Positions 1 to 8,864 of a stretch of 64,000 nt of DNA are shown here, in pieces (within the stretch, counting starts at the first letter, position 1; the number at the start of each line of letters is the position of its first letter). The notes under the pieces are model-generated. The model was not told the origin of the DNA. It searched no databases and worked only from the letters and a program-made list of their open reading frames with translations. Source of the DNA: an uncultured Clostridia bacterium (GTDB lineage: Bacteria; Bacillota; Clostridia; Oscillospirales; UBA644); NCBI GenBank assembly GCA_948443805.1, contig CAOJUB010000003.1, forward strand, positions 1,086-65,085. Reading direction: 5' to 3'. The position numbers were made by a program, and so were the translations under genes.

Positions 1-1
1 A

Positions 2-829
2 ATAGTTATAATAGGGCGTTGCCGGGTTGATTGCACCGGCATGGGTATTGGCGATATAATCGCGCGCCATCTGTTCATAGGAAGCGTAGAAATAATGGCC
101 GTCAAAGCTGTAATATTCCGCTCCTTCCGTCATATACGGCTGACGGTAACCGACGGTATAATAGCTGGAATAGTTTTTCAGGTCGGTGGTGATATAATGA
201 TAGAGTTTTCCGTTTTTTACCCGGTAAACCGAAGTGACATAGCCGGCCTTTTTAAAATCGTCATAGGTCATAACATAGGCGTTGTCTGCCGATACGGTTC
301 CGGTGCAGCCTGCCTGGCGGAAGGTGATGGTATTGCCGCTGATTCCCAGATAAGCGGCGTCGGGCGCGTAGGAAGGCGCAATATAGGTTTCGGCGCCGGT
401 GTTTTTGTTGGCGTAGGTCAGTGTGGAAGAGGTGTTTTTGAAAATAACGACGCCGACGTCGGTGCCGTAGGTCAGCGTTTTCTCGATGAGCTGCACGTCT
501 TTTTCGGCAATCGCCCGCGCTGCGGCTTTCTGGGTTTTCGTTTGCATAATGTCATCCATGGCTTCAGCGTAAGTGAGATAGGTTTTGATTTCATCCTGTC
601 TGGTTACCTGATATACCGTGTGCTCTTTTTCATACGTTTCAAACGCCGCCGCGTCATAAGTGTTCACTTCTTCTTGCTGCAGAACACGGACCGCCCCGTC
701 GCTGAGCGCGACATAGCCGTCAAATCCTTCCGGTTCGGCGCCGGGGTTTTCTCCCGATGCGAAAATACTGTAAGGACAGAGCAGACAGACAAGAACAAGA
801 ATGACAATCAGTGTTTTTCCGGTTTTCAT
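2..829 (-). CDS. Secreted cell-wall hydrolase-like protein (probably glucosaminidase-domain family); N-terminal part, runs off the window
   Basis: Missing from the ORF track because it has no stop in the window. Hand translation gives MKTGKTLIVILVLVCLLCPYSIFA (signal peptide) ... YYSFDGHYFYASYEQM ... NPATPYYNY, a pattern I recognise from clostridial N-acetylglucosaminidases. AAGGGGG RBS upstream. Confidence 0.7.
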   Translation of the reverse strand, partial: MKTGKTLIVILVLVCLLCPYSIFASGENPGAEPEGFDGYVALSDGAVRVLQQEEVNTYDAAAFETYEKEHTVYQVTRQDEIKTYLTYAEAMDDIMQTKTQKAAARAIAEKDVQLIEKTLTYGTDVGVVIFKNTSSTLTYANKNTGAETYIAPSYAPDAAYLGISGNTITFRQAGCTGTVSADNAYVMTYDDFKKAGYVTSVYRVKNGKLYHYITTDLKNYSSYYTVGYRQPYMTEGAEYYSFDGHYFYASYEQMARDYIANTHAGAINPATPYYNY

Positions 830-1019
830 TTTGCCGATCCCCCTTGGTATTTGTTTTCGATTTTTTTCTGAGACCGGAAAACGGTTTTCCCGTTTTCCGT
901 TTTTTCAAAATTCAGTTCGGAAGAGCGCCGGATGAAAAACCGGGCTCTTGTTTGAAATCCGGTTTCCGAGTTTTTCTATTCCATGAAAAAACTCGGAAAA
1001 ACACGGATATTTCGCCTTT

Positions 1020-1048
1020 ATTTTAACATAAATCCGGAAAAAAGTCAA
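1020..1048 (-). promoter_or_regulatory. SigA-type promoter for the hydrolase gene
   Basis: TTGACT-17 bp-TAAAAT with TG extension on the minus strand. Confidence 0.7.
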
Positions 1049-1085
1049 GCGGAAGAAAGATGGTAAATTGATCCAGCGGCGGGTT

Positions 1086-1155
1086 TTGACAAAGATTGCG
1101 AAAATTGTAAAATTTTATGAAGCCCCTTGACGAAAGGGTCCGGATGGTGTATAAT
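1086..1155 (+). promoter_or_regulatory. Tandem SigA-type promoters for fba
   Basis: TTGACA-16-TAAAAT (1086-1113) and TTGACG-17-TATAAT (1127-1155). Confidence 0.65.
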
Positions 1156-1200
1156 AATGAAAGAAAGAATAAAATTCAAGAAAACAGGAGTTGTAGTACC

Positions 1201-2229
1201 ATGCCAGTAGCAGATTATCAGACTTACCGCAAAATGCTGGATACCGCATATCAGAATCACTATGCGTTTCCGGCGATCAATGTTTTTGATATCGAGGCGG
1301 TAAACGGCGTTCTCAGAGGCCTTGCCGAGGCGAAATCCGACGGAATTATTCAGGTTTCCACCGGCGGCGGCGAACATGCTTCCGGCCAGAATGTGAAAAA
1401 CGCCGTCATCGGCGCCATCACCCTTGCCAACCATGTGCACCTTGTCGCTGAAAAATACGGGATTTATGTGGCTCTTCATACCGACCACTGCCAGTTTAAC
1501 AAACTGGATTCGTTCTTCCTGCCTTTGGTGGAAGAAACGGAAAAGCGCCGCGCAAGAGGCGAGGGCAATCTTTTCAACAGCCATATGTTTGACGGTTCTG
1601 CGCTGCCGCATGCCGAAAATGTCAAGGTTGCAAAAGACCTGCTGGCTCGCTGCGCGAAAAACGAGATTATTCTTGAGGTCGAATCGGGCGTTGTCGGCGG
1701 TGAAGAAGACGGCGTGAACAATGAGGGCGTTGTTCGGGATAAACTGTATACGACTCCGGAAGACATGCTGATGATGGAAGAAGCCATGAGAAGCGTCGGC
1801 GGAACTTATATGATGGCCGCTACCTTCGGTAACGTTCACGGCGTTTACAAACCCGGCAACGTAAAGCTGAATCCGAAGGTGCTCAAAGCCGGTCAGGACG
1901 CCCTGAAGGCAAAATACGGCGAAGATGCGCACTATAACCTGGTATTCCACGGCGGTTCGGGCTCCGGCAAAGACGAGATCGAAGAGACCCTGCAGTACGG
2001 CGTTGTTAAAATGAATGTCGATACCGATACGCAGTATGCTTTTACCCGTCCGGTAGCCGATCATATGTTCAAAAATTACGACGGCGTTCTGAAGGTCGAC
2101 GGTGAAGTCGGAACCAAAAAAGTATACGACCCCCGTTCGTATCTCCGGCTTGGCGAGGCGGGAATTGCAGCCCGTGTTGTAGAAGCCTGCAACGACCTGA
2201 AATCCGCGGGGAAATCTCTCTGCAAATAA
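1201..2229 (+). CDS. fbaA: Class II fructose-bisphosphate aldolase
   Basis: AFPAINV, HTDH, FGNVHGVY, VFHGGSG and KMNVDTD motifs; AGGAG RBS before ATG 1201. Confidence 0.95.
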   Translation: MPVADYQTYRKMLDTAYQNHYAFPAINVFDIEAVNGVLRGLAEAKSDGIIQVSTGGGEHASGQNVKNAVIGAITLANHVHLVAEKYGIYVALHTDHCQFNKLDSFFLPLVEETEKRRARGEGNLFNSHMFDGSALPHAENVKVAKDLLARCAKNEIILEVESGVVGGEEDGVNNEGVVRDKLYTTPEDMLMMEEAMRSVGGTYMMAATFGNVHGVYKPGNVKLNPKVLKAGQDALKAKYGEDAHYNLVFHGGSGSGKDEIEETLQYGVVKMNVDTDTQYAFTRPVADHMFKNYDGVLKVDGEVGTKKVYDPRSYLRLGEAGIAARVVEACNDLKSAGKSLCK

Positions 2230-2259
2230 ATTGTCAGGAAATTCCGGAAGTTTCCGGTT

Positions 2260-2303
2260 TGGGAGCTGTTTCCCCCTACTTTGCGGGGAACAGCCCCTTT
2301 TTT
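2260..2303 (+). terminator. Rho-independent terminator after fba
   Basis: GGGAGCTGTTTCCCC...GGGGAACAGCCCC followed by a T-tract. Confidence 0.6.
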
Positions 2304-2380
2304 GGTAAACAACGGATTTTTTTGAAAGTTTTTCGTTTTGTTATTCAGTAACTGACATTCAATACCTTTCGGAGATGACT

Positions 2381-4363
2381 ATGGAAAAACAATATCATGA
2401 TGAGAATATAAAATCCCTGAAAGGCGCAGACCGGGTCAGAAAACGTCCGTCGGTTATTTTCGGTTCGGACGGCGTTGACGGCTGCTGCCATTCGTTTTTT
2501 GAGATTCTGTCCAACTCTATCGATGAATTCCGTGAAGGGCGGGGCGATAAGATTTATGTCACGCTGTATCGGGATTATTCGGTGGAAGTGCAGGATTTCG
2601 GGCAGGGAATCCCGGTTGAGTATAACGAAAAAGAACAGGCTTATAACTGGGAGCTTCTGTTTTGCGAAATGTATGCCGGCGGAAAATACAACAACGAAGA
2701 AGAATTGGCGTATTCGATGTCGCTGGGCATGAACGGCCTTGGTCTCTGCGCGACGCAGTATGCTTCGGAATACATGGACGCGGAGATTTACCGGGATGGG
2801 TTTAAATATGAACTGCATTTTAAAAAGGGAAATCCTGTAGAGCCGGACAAGGAAAAGGTTCTGGTCAAAACGCCCGAGAAGCACAAAAGCGGCAGCCGCA
2901 TCCGCTGGCGCCCGGATTCCGAGGTCTTTACCGATATCCGGATGCCGGTCGAGTATTTCCGGGAAACGCTGAACCGGCAGACGATTTCCAACGGCGGGCT
3001 GACAATTCTTTTCCGCTATGAGAACGAGGACGGCTCTTTTTCGGAAGAGACCTACCTGTATCCTGACGGGATCGGAGATTATATCAAGGAATTTGCCGGG
3101 GACGACGCACTGACCGAACCGCAGCGCTGGTCAAGCGAGAGGCGGGGGCGCGACGCCGCCGACCGGCCGGAATACCGGTTGTTGATTGATTTGACTTTTT
3201 GTTTTTCCAACAAGAAAAAACTGCTTCATTATTACCATAATTCCAGTTTTCTTGAACACGGCGGATCGCCTGATAAAGCGGTTCGCAGCGCATTTGTTTC
3301 CGCGGTGGACAATTATCTGAAAAACAGCGGGAAATATACCAAAAACGAAAGCAAGATCACGTTCGGAGATATCGAGGAATCGTTGATTTTTATTTCCAAC
3401 TGTCATTCTACCGTGGCCTCGTATTCCAATCAGACCAAGAAGGCTGTAACCAATAAATTTATTCAGGACGCGATGACCGATTTTCTGAAACATCAGTTAG
3501 AGGTTTATTTTGTTGAAAATAAGCAGGAAGCGGATAAAATTGCGGATCAGCTGCTGATTAATAAGCGAAGCCGTGAAAACGCCGAAAAAGCAAGGCTGAA
3601 TATCAAAAAGAAACTGACCTCCGATAACGATCTGGCGAACCGGGTGGAAAAATTTGTCGATTGCCGTTCAAAAGACCCTGCCGAACGTGAAATCTATATT
3701 GTGGAAGGGGATTCGGCTCTCGGCTCATGCAAATTGGCCAGAGACGCCCGTTTCCAGGCGATTATTCCGGTTCGGGGAAAGATATTGAACTGCCTGAAAG
3801 CCGGTTATAACCAGATTTTCAAAAGCGATATTATTCTGGATATCATCAAAGTTCTCGGCTGCGGCGTAGAGATTGCGGCAAAAAACAAGAATCTGGTAGA
3901 ATTTAACCTCGCGAATCTCCGGTTTGATAAAATTATTATCTGCACCGACGCCGATGTCGACGGATATCAGATCCGGACGCTGATTCTGACGATGCTTTAC
4001 CGGCTTATGCCCACGCTGATTGCTGAAAACAAAGTGTATATCGCAGAATCGCCGCTGTATGAGATTACCTGCAAGGACAAGACCTATTTCGCGTATACCG
4101 ATAAAGAGAAAAACGATATCGTTGCGAAACTGAGCGGCCGGGTTTCGGTAAATCGTTCAAAGGGGCTTGGTGAAAACGAGCCGGAAATGATGAAAAAGAC
4201 CACCATGGATCCTTCTACCCGGAAACTTCTTCTGGTCACGCCGGAAGATGCGGAACGCACCGCGTGGTATTTCGACGTGCTTCTGGGGAACGATCTGCAG
4301 GGGCGGAAAGATTTTATTGCGGAAAACGGCTTTAAATATCTGGAACTGGCCGATATTTCATAA
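2381..4363 (+). CDS. parE: Type IIA topoisomerase B subunit (ParE/GyrB family)
   Basis: VRKRP, GHKL motif EILSNSIDE, EGDSA, PVRGKILN, DADVDG, KGLGE; parE rather than gyrB is inferred from the partner gene. Confidence 0.85.
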   Translation: MEKQYHDENIKSLKGADRVRKRPSVIFGSDGVDGCCHSFFEILSNSIDEFREGRGDKIYVTLYRDYSVEVQDFGQGIPVEYNEKEQAYNWELLFCEMYAGGKYNNEEELAYSMSLGMNGLGLCATQYASEYMDAEIYRDGFKYELHFKKGNPVEPDKEKVLVKTPEKHKSGSRIRWRPDSEVFTDIRMPVEYFRETLNRQTISNGGLTILFRYENEDGSFSEETYLYPDGIGDYIKEFAGDDALTEPQRWSSERRGRDAADRPEYRLLIDLTFCFSNKKKLLHYYHNSSFLEHGGSPDKAVRSAFVSAVDNYLKNSGKYTKNESKITFGDIEESLIFISNCHSTVASYSNQTKKAVTNKFIQDAMTDFLKHQLEVYFVENKQEADKIADQLLINKRSRENAEKARLNIKKKLTSDNDLANRVEKFVDCRSKDPAEREIYIVEGDSALGSCKLARDARFQAIIPVRGKILNCLKAGYNQIFKSDIILDIIKVLGCGVEIAAKNKNLVEFNLANLRFDKIIICTDADVDGYQIRTLILTMLYRLMPTLIAENKVYIAESPLYEITCKDKTYFAYTDKEKNDIVAKLSGRVSVNRSKGLGENEPEMMKKTTMDPSTRKLLLVTPEDAERTAWYFDVLLGNDLQGRKDFIAENGFKYLELADIS

Positions 4364-4378
4364 AAGGAGGGAACCGTT

Positions 4379-6571
4379 ATGGCAAAACTTTTTATACCCA
4401 AGCCGATTACTGCGACGCTTGAGGAAAATTACATGCCGTATGTCGTCAGCGTGGTTAAATCCCGCGCGATTCCGGAGATCGACGGCTTTAAACCCTCCCA
4501 CAGAAAATTGCTATATACCATGTATAAAATGGGACTTTTGTCGGGGGCGAAAACCAAATCGGCCAATATTGTCGGACAGACCATGCGGCTGAATCCGCAC
4601 GGCGATATGGCGATTTATGAAACCATGGTTCGCCTTACGCGCGGCCATGACGCACTGCTGCATCCTTTTGTTGATTCGAAGGGGTCGTTCGGCAAGCATT
4701 ATTCGCGCGATATGGCGTTTGCCGCTTCCCGGTATACCGAGGCGAAGCTGGACGCGATCTGTCAGGAAGTTTTTGCCGATATCGATAAAGAAGTGGTGGA
4801 TTTTGTCGATAATTACGACGGTTCCATGAAGGAACCGGAACTTCTGCCGGTTACCTTTCCGAACATTTTGGTTTCACCCAATCAGGGGATTGCCGTTGGC
4901 ATGGCCAGTTCGATCTGTTCGTTCAATCTGGCGGAAATCTGTCGCACAACGGTTGAATTAATCAAAAACCCCGATCATAATTTGCTGACAACGCTGATTG
5001 CTCCGGACTTTACTACCGGCGGCCAGATTCTGTATGATTCGGCGGTGATGGCGAAAATTTACGAGACCGGAACCGGCTCATTTAAGATTCGGGCAAAATA
5101 CAGTTTCGATAAAAAAAATAACTGCCTTGAAATAACAGAAATTCCTTATACGACAACGGCTGAGGCAATTATCGACAAAATCGTCGATTTAGTCAAGTCC
5201 GGAAAACTGAAAGAGGTTTCCTATGTCCGCGACGAAATCGACATCAACGGCCTGAAGATCGCCGTTGACTGCAAGCGGGGAACCGATCCGGACAGGCTGA
5301 TGCAGAAATTGTATAAAATGACGCCGCTGGAAGATTCGTTTGCCTGCAACTTTAATGTCCTTGTCGGCGGTACGCCGAAGGTTTACGGCGTCAGGGAATT
5401 ATTGGAGGAATGGACGGCTTTTCGTTTTGAGTGCGTCAAACGGGGGCTGTATTTCGATATTACCAAAAAGAAGGACCGGCTGCATCTGCTGCTCGGCCTG
5501 AAAAAAATCCTGCTGGATATCGATAAGGCGATTGCCATTATCCGGAATACCGAAGATGATAAAGAGGTCGTTCCGAATCTGATGATCGGTTTCGGAATCG
5601 ACGAGGTACAGGCAGAATTTGTCGCTGATATCAAGCTGCGGAATTTAAACCGTGCTTACATTCTCAGCAAAACGGATGAGACCGACGGCCTTCAGAAAGA
5701 AATTGCGCAGCTGGAAGATACGCTCGGCAGCGAGAAAAAAATCAAAAAGATTATTGTCTCCCAGTTGGAGCACATTATAAAAAAATACGGAAAACCAAGG
5801 AAAACAACCATTCTTTATCCGGACGAAGTTGAAGTCTTTGAGGAAGAAGAGAAGGTCGATGATTATCCGGTGGTCGTTTTTTGTACCGAAAGCGGTTATT
5901 TGAAAAAAATTACGCCGCAGTCGCTTCGGATGAGCGGGGAACATAAACTCAAAGAGGGCGACCGGATGAAATGGACGGCGGAAACGTCAAACGCCGCCGA
6001 ACTGATTGTATTTACCGATCAGTTTCAGGCATATAAAGCCAAACTCTACGAATTTGAGGATTCAAAAACTAGCCTGCTCGGCGATTATCTGCCGCAGAAA
6101 CTCGGTTTTGAGAAGGATGAAAACGTCGTATTCGTTACCGTGACCAAGGATTTCTTCGGCGATATCCTTTCCTTTTTTGAAAACGGAAAAGCCGCCCGGG
6201 TTTCTCTTTCGGCTTTCGAAACGAAAACCAACCGCAGAAAGCTGGTCAATGCCTATTCTGCCGCTTCTCGGCTGGTGGCGATGTTCCACATCACGGAGGA
6301 ATGCGAATTTATCTGCACAGCATCAAACGACCGCTGCCTGATTATGTCCACGGCAATGGTCAATCCGAAAACAACGAAGAATACCGCCGGCGTTGCGGTT
6401 ATGACGCTGAAAAAGAATACGCTGGAATCGGTTGTTGCTTACCGCGACGGCCTGTTCGGGGATCCGATGCATTACCGGACGAAAAATCTGCCGGCGGCCG
6501 GCTGTTTTCTGCGGAAAGGGGACGACCCCTTTGCCGTGCCGATTGCAGAAGAACCGGCAGAAAAAGAGTAG
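4379..6571 (+). CDS. parC: Type IIA topoisomerase A subunit (ParC/GyrA family)
   Basis: DGFKPSHR, PHGD, catalytic AASRYTE, GIAVGMA; no GyrA box (QRRGGKG) visible in the C-terminal domain. Confidence 0.85.
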   Translation: MAKLFIPKPITATLEENYMPYVVSVVKSRAIPEIDGFKPSHRKLLYTMYKMGLLSGAKTKSANIVGQTMRLNPHGDMAIYETMVRLTRGHDALLHPFVDSKGSFGKHYSRDMAFAASRYTEAKLDAICQEVFADIDKEVVDFVDNYDGSMKEPELLPVTFPNILVSPNQGIAVGMASSICSFNLAEICRTTVELIKNPDHNLLTTLIAPDFTTGGQILYDSAVMAKIYETGTGSFKIRAKYSFDKKNNCLEITEIPYTTTAEAIIDKIVDLVKSGKLKEVSYVRDEIDINGLKIAVDCKRGTDPDRLMQKLYKMTPLEDSFACNFNVLVGGTPKVYGVRELLEEWTAFRFECVKRGLYFDITKKKDRLHLLLGLKKILLDIDKAIAIIRNTEDDKEVVPNLMIGFGIDEVQAEFVADIKLRNLNRAYILSKTDETDGLQKEIAQLEDTLGSEKKIKKIIVSQLEHIIKKYGKPRKTTILYPDEVEVFEEEEKVDDYPVVVFCTESGYLKKITPQSLRMSGEHKLKEGDRMKWTAETSNAAELIVFTDQFQAYKAKLYEFEDSKTSLLGDYLPQKLGFEKDENVVFVTVTKDFFGDILSFFENGKAARVSLSAFETKTNRRKLVNAYSAASRLVAMFHITEECEFICTASNDRCLIMSTAMVNPKTTKNTAGVAVMTLKKNTLESVVAYRDGLFGDPMHYRTKNLPAAGCFLRKGDDPFAVPIAEEPAEKE

Positions 6572-6613
6572 CGCTGAAAAGCGAATCGAATGAAAAAGTA
6601 TGAGGGGAAAAAA

Positions 6614-8098
6614 ATGATACAGGGGTTTGATAACGACGCATATATTGCAAAACAATCGGAACAGATTATGAAAAGGATCGGAGAATTCGGCGGCAAGCTG
6701 TATCTGGAATTCGGCGGCAAGCTATTTGACGATTTCCATGCTTCCCGCGTTCTTCCGGGGTTTCAGCCCGACAGCAAACTGCGGATGCTGAGAAAAATGG
6801 CGGATGATGTGGAGATTGTGATCGTCATCAACGCCTGCGATATCGAAAAGAATAAAATGCGGAAAGATCTCGGCATTACCTACGACGCTGATGTCCTCCG
6901 TTTGATCGATGCGTTCCGGGAGACCGGGCTGTATGTGGGCAGCGTGGTGATTGCGCAGTACGGCGGGCAGCCGGCGGCCGTTTCTTTCCGTGAAAAGCTG
7001 GAACGGCTCGGCGTCAGCGTTTTTCTTCATTATCCGATTGAAGGGTATCCCTTTAACGTTCCGCATATTGTAAGCGAAGACGGGCTTGGGAAAAACGACT
7101 ATATCGAAACTTCCCGGCCGTTGGTTGTCGTTACCGCCCCCGGCCCGGGAAGCGGTAAAATTGCAACCTGCATTTCTCAGCTGTATCATGAAAATAAAAG
7201 AGGGGTAAAGGCCGGATATGCGAAGTTCGAAACCTTTCCCATCTGGAACCTTCCTCTCAAGCACCCGGTCAATATCGCTTACGAGGCGGCAACTGCCGAT
7301 CTGGACGATGTGAATATGATCGATCCGTATCATTTGGAAGCCTACGGGAAGACCGCCGTCAATTATAACCGGGATGTGGAAGTCTTTCCGGTTTTGAACG
7401 CGCTGTTTGAAGAAATTTCCGGAAAAAGTCCGTACCGGTCCCCAACCGATATGGGCGTGAATATGGCAGGCTTTTGCATTGTTGATGACCAGGCGGTGCA
7501 GAAGGCTTCCAACGATGAAATTATCCGCCGGTACTATTCGGCGCTATGCGATTGCCGCTGCGGGAATCTGGATGAAAAAGCTTTGAATAAACTGGAATAT
7601 CTGATGCGTCAAAGCGGGATTTCCTCTAACGACCGCCCCGTGGTTCAGGCGGCTTTGACCCGTTCGGAACAAACCGAAGACCAGCCTGCGGTTGCTATTC
7701 AGCTTCCCGATGGCAGAATCGTTACCGGAAAGACTTCGGAACTTTTGGGCGCGGCTTCTGCAGCGCTGCTGAATGCCGTGAAAACGCTGTGCGGTTTCGA
7801 AGGAAAGGTTCATATGATTGAACCTTCGGTCATTGAACCGATTCAGAAGCTGAAAACAGAAAATCTCGGCAACAGAAATCCGCGTTTGCATCCGGAAGAA
7901 GTTCTAATTGCGCTGGTCATTTCCGCCGCCGGAAGCCCCACTGCACGGAAAGCGTCTGAAATGCTTTCGGCTCTGAAAGGGAGCGAAGCGCATTCAACGG
8001 TAATCCTTTCTCAGAAAGATGAGGATATTTACCGCCGGCTCGGCATAAATATAACCTGTGAGGCAAAATATCAGACAAAAAAACTTTTCCACGGTTGA
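6614..8098 (+). CDS. DUF1846 / UPF0371 family protein
   Basis: KLYLEFGGKLFDDFHASRVLPGF, APGPGSGK, GYAKFETFPIWN motifs. Confidence 0.9.
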   Translation: MIQGFDNDAYIAKQSEQIMKRIGEFGGKLYLEFGGKLFDDFHASRVLPGFQPDSKLRMLRKMADDVEIVIVINACDIEKNKMRKDLGITYDADVLRLIDAFRETGLYVGSVVIAQYGGQPAAVSFREKLERLGVSVFLHYPIEGYPFNVPHIVSEDGLGKNDYIETSRPLVVVTAPGPGSGKIATCISQLYHENKRGVKAGYAKFETFPIWNLPLKHPVNIAYEAATADLDDVNMIDPYHLEAYGKTAVNYNRDVEVFPVLNALFEEISGKSPYRSPTDMGVNMAGFCIVDDQAVQKASNDEIIRRYYSALCDCRCGNLDEKALNKLEYLMRQSGISSNDRPVVQAALTRSEQTEDQPAVAIQLPDGRIVTGKTSELLGAASAALLNAVKTLCGFEGKVHMIEPSVIEPIQKLKTENLGNRNPRLHPEEVLIALVISAAGSPTARKASEMLSALKGSEAHSTVILSQKDEDIYRRLGINITCEAKYQTKKLFHG

Positions 8099-8151
8099 GT
8101 TCCGCCTGCAACAGCCGGGCGGCGTGGAAAAGAGAGCAGGGATGTGTTGGA

Positions 8152-8718
8152 ATGGGTTTCTGGGAAATCCTGGTTATCGGGATCGGTTTATCGATGGACG
8201 CGTTTGCCGTTGCCGTCTGTAAAGGTCTTTCCTTTGACGGGATTAATAGGAAGAAAATGGCAACGGTAGGTCTGTATTTCGGCGGGTTTCAGGCGTTGAT
8301 GCCCTGCATCGGCTATTTTTTGGGATATTCGTTCCGGGATAAGATCAGCGCCATCGATCATTGGATCGCGTTTGTTCTTTTGACGCTGATCGGGCTGAAT
8401 ATGGCGCGGGAAGCGGTTTCAAAAGAAGAGGAAAAGGTTGATTCTTCTTTGGATGTACGAAATATGCTTCTTCTTTCGGTAGCCACGTCTATCGATGCGC
8501 TTGCCATCGGCGTGACGTTTGCTTTTTTGCAGGTTAATCTTTGGATTGCCGTTTCGGTGATCGGCCTGACAACCTTTTTGCTGTCCTGCGTTGGCGTCAA
8601 GGTCGGTTCGGTGTTCGGGGAAAAATTTAAATCCAAAGCAGAACTTGCCGGCGGGGTTATTCTGGTCTTTATGGGGCTGAAGATTCTGCTGGAACATCTG
8701 GGTGTTATTTCTTTCTGA
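8152..8718 (+). CDS. mntP: Manganese efflux pump MntP
   Basis: Repeated LSMDAFAV / ATSIDALAIG motifs; hydrophobic helices. Confidence 0.9.
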   Translation: MGFWEILVIGIGLSMDAFAVAVCKGLSFDGINRKKMATVGLYFGGFQALMPCIGYFLGYSFRDKISAIDHWIAFVLLTLIGLNMAREAVSKEEEKVDSSLDVRNMLLLSVATSIDALAIGVTFAFLQVNLWIAVSVIGLTTFLLSCVGVKVGSVFGEKFKSKAELAGGVILVFMGLKILLEHLGVISF

Positions 8719-8729
8719 AAAAACAGATA

Positions 8730-8758
8730 AAAAACCGGAGAAACTCTCCGGTTTTTTT
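8730..8758 (+). terminator. Rho-independent terminator
   Basis: AAAAACCGGAG-AAACT-CTCCGGTTTTTT. Confidence 0.8.
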
Positions 8759-8767
8759 GATCTTCTC

Positions 8768-8796
8768 TTGACAAAATTGCTGTTTTTTGTTATACT
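8768..8796 (+). promoter_or_regulatory. SigA-type promoter
   Basis: TTGACA-17-TATACT with TG extension. Confidence 0.7.
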
Positions 8797-8864
8797 GCTT
8801 TTAATTAAAGAAAGATTCCCTGGCTGTGGGAAAAGAGAATTTGCTAAAGAGAGGAGCGTTTTTT

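Noticed and set aside
41-871. 276-aa plus-strand ORF in the track
   Set aside because: Shadow of the minus-strand gene, which has the signal peptide, RBS and promoter
1045-2064. Long antisense ORFs over fba, and likewise over fprA (27183-28508) and the dehydrogenase (58162-59154)
   Set aside because: Each lies opposite a well-conserved gene and has no independent protein features
6681-6723. Tandem GAATTCGGCGGCAAGCT repeat
   Set aside because: Encodes the EFGGKL-YL-EFGGKL protein sequence of DUF1846; not a DNA element
8099-8151. yybP-ykoY Mn riboswitch before mntP
   Set aside because: Only 53 nt of intergenic space and no consensus match
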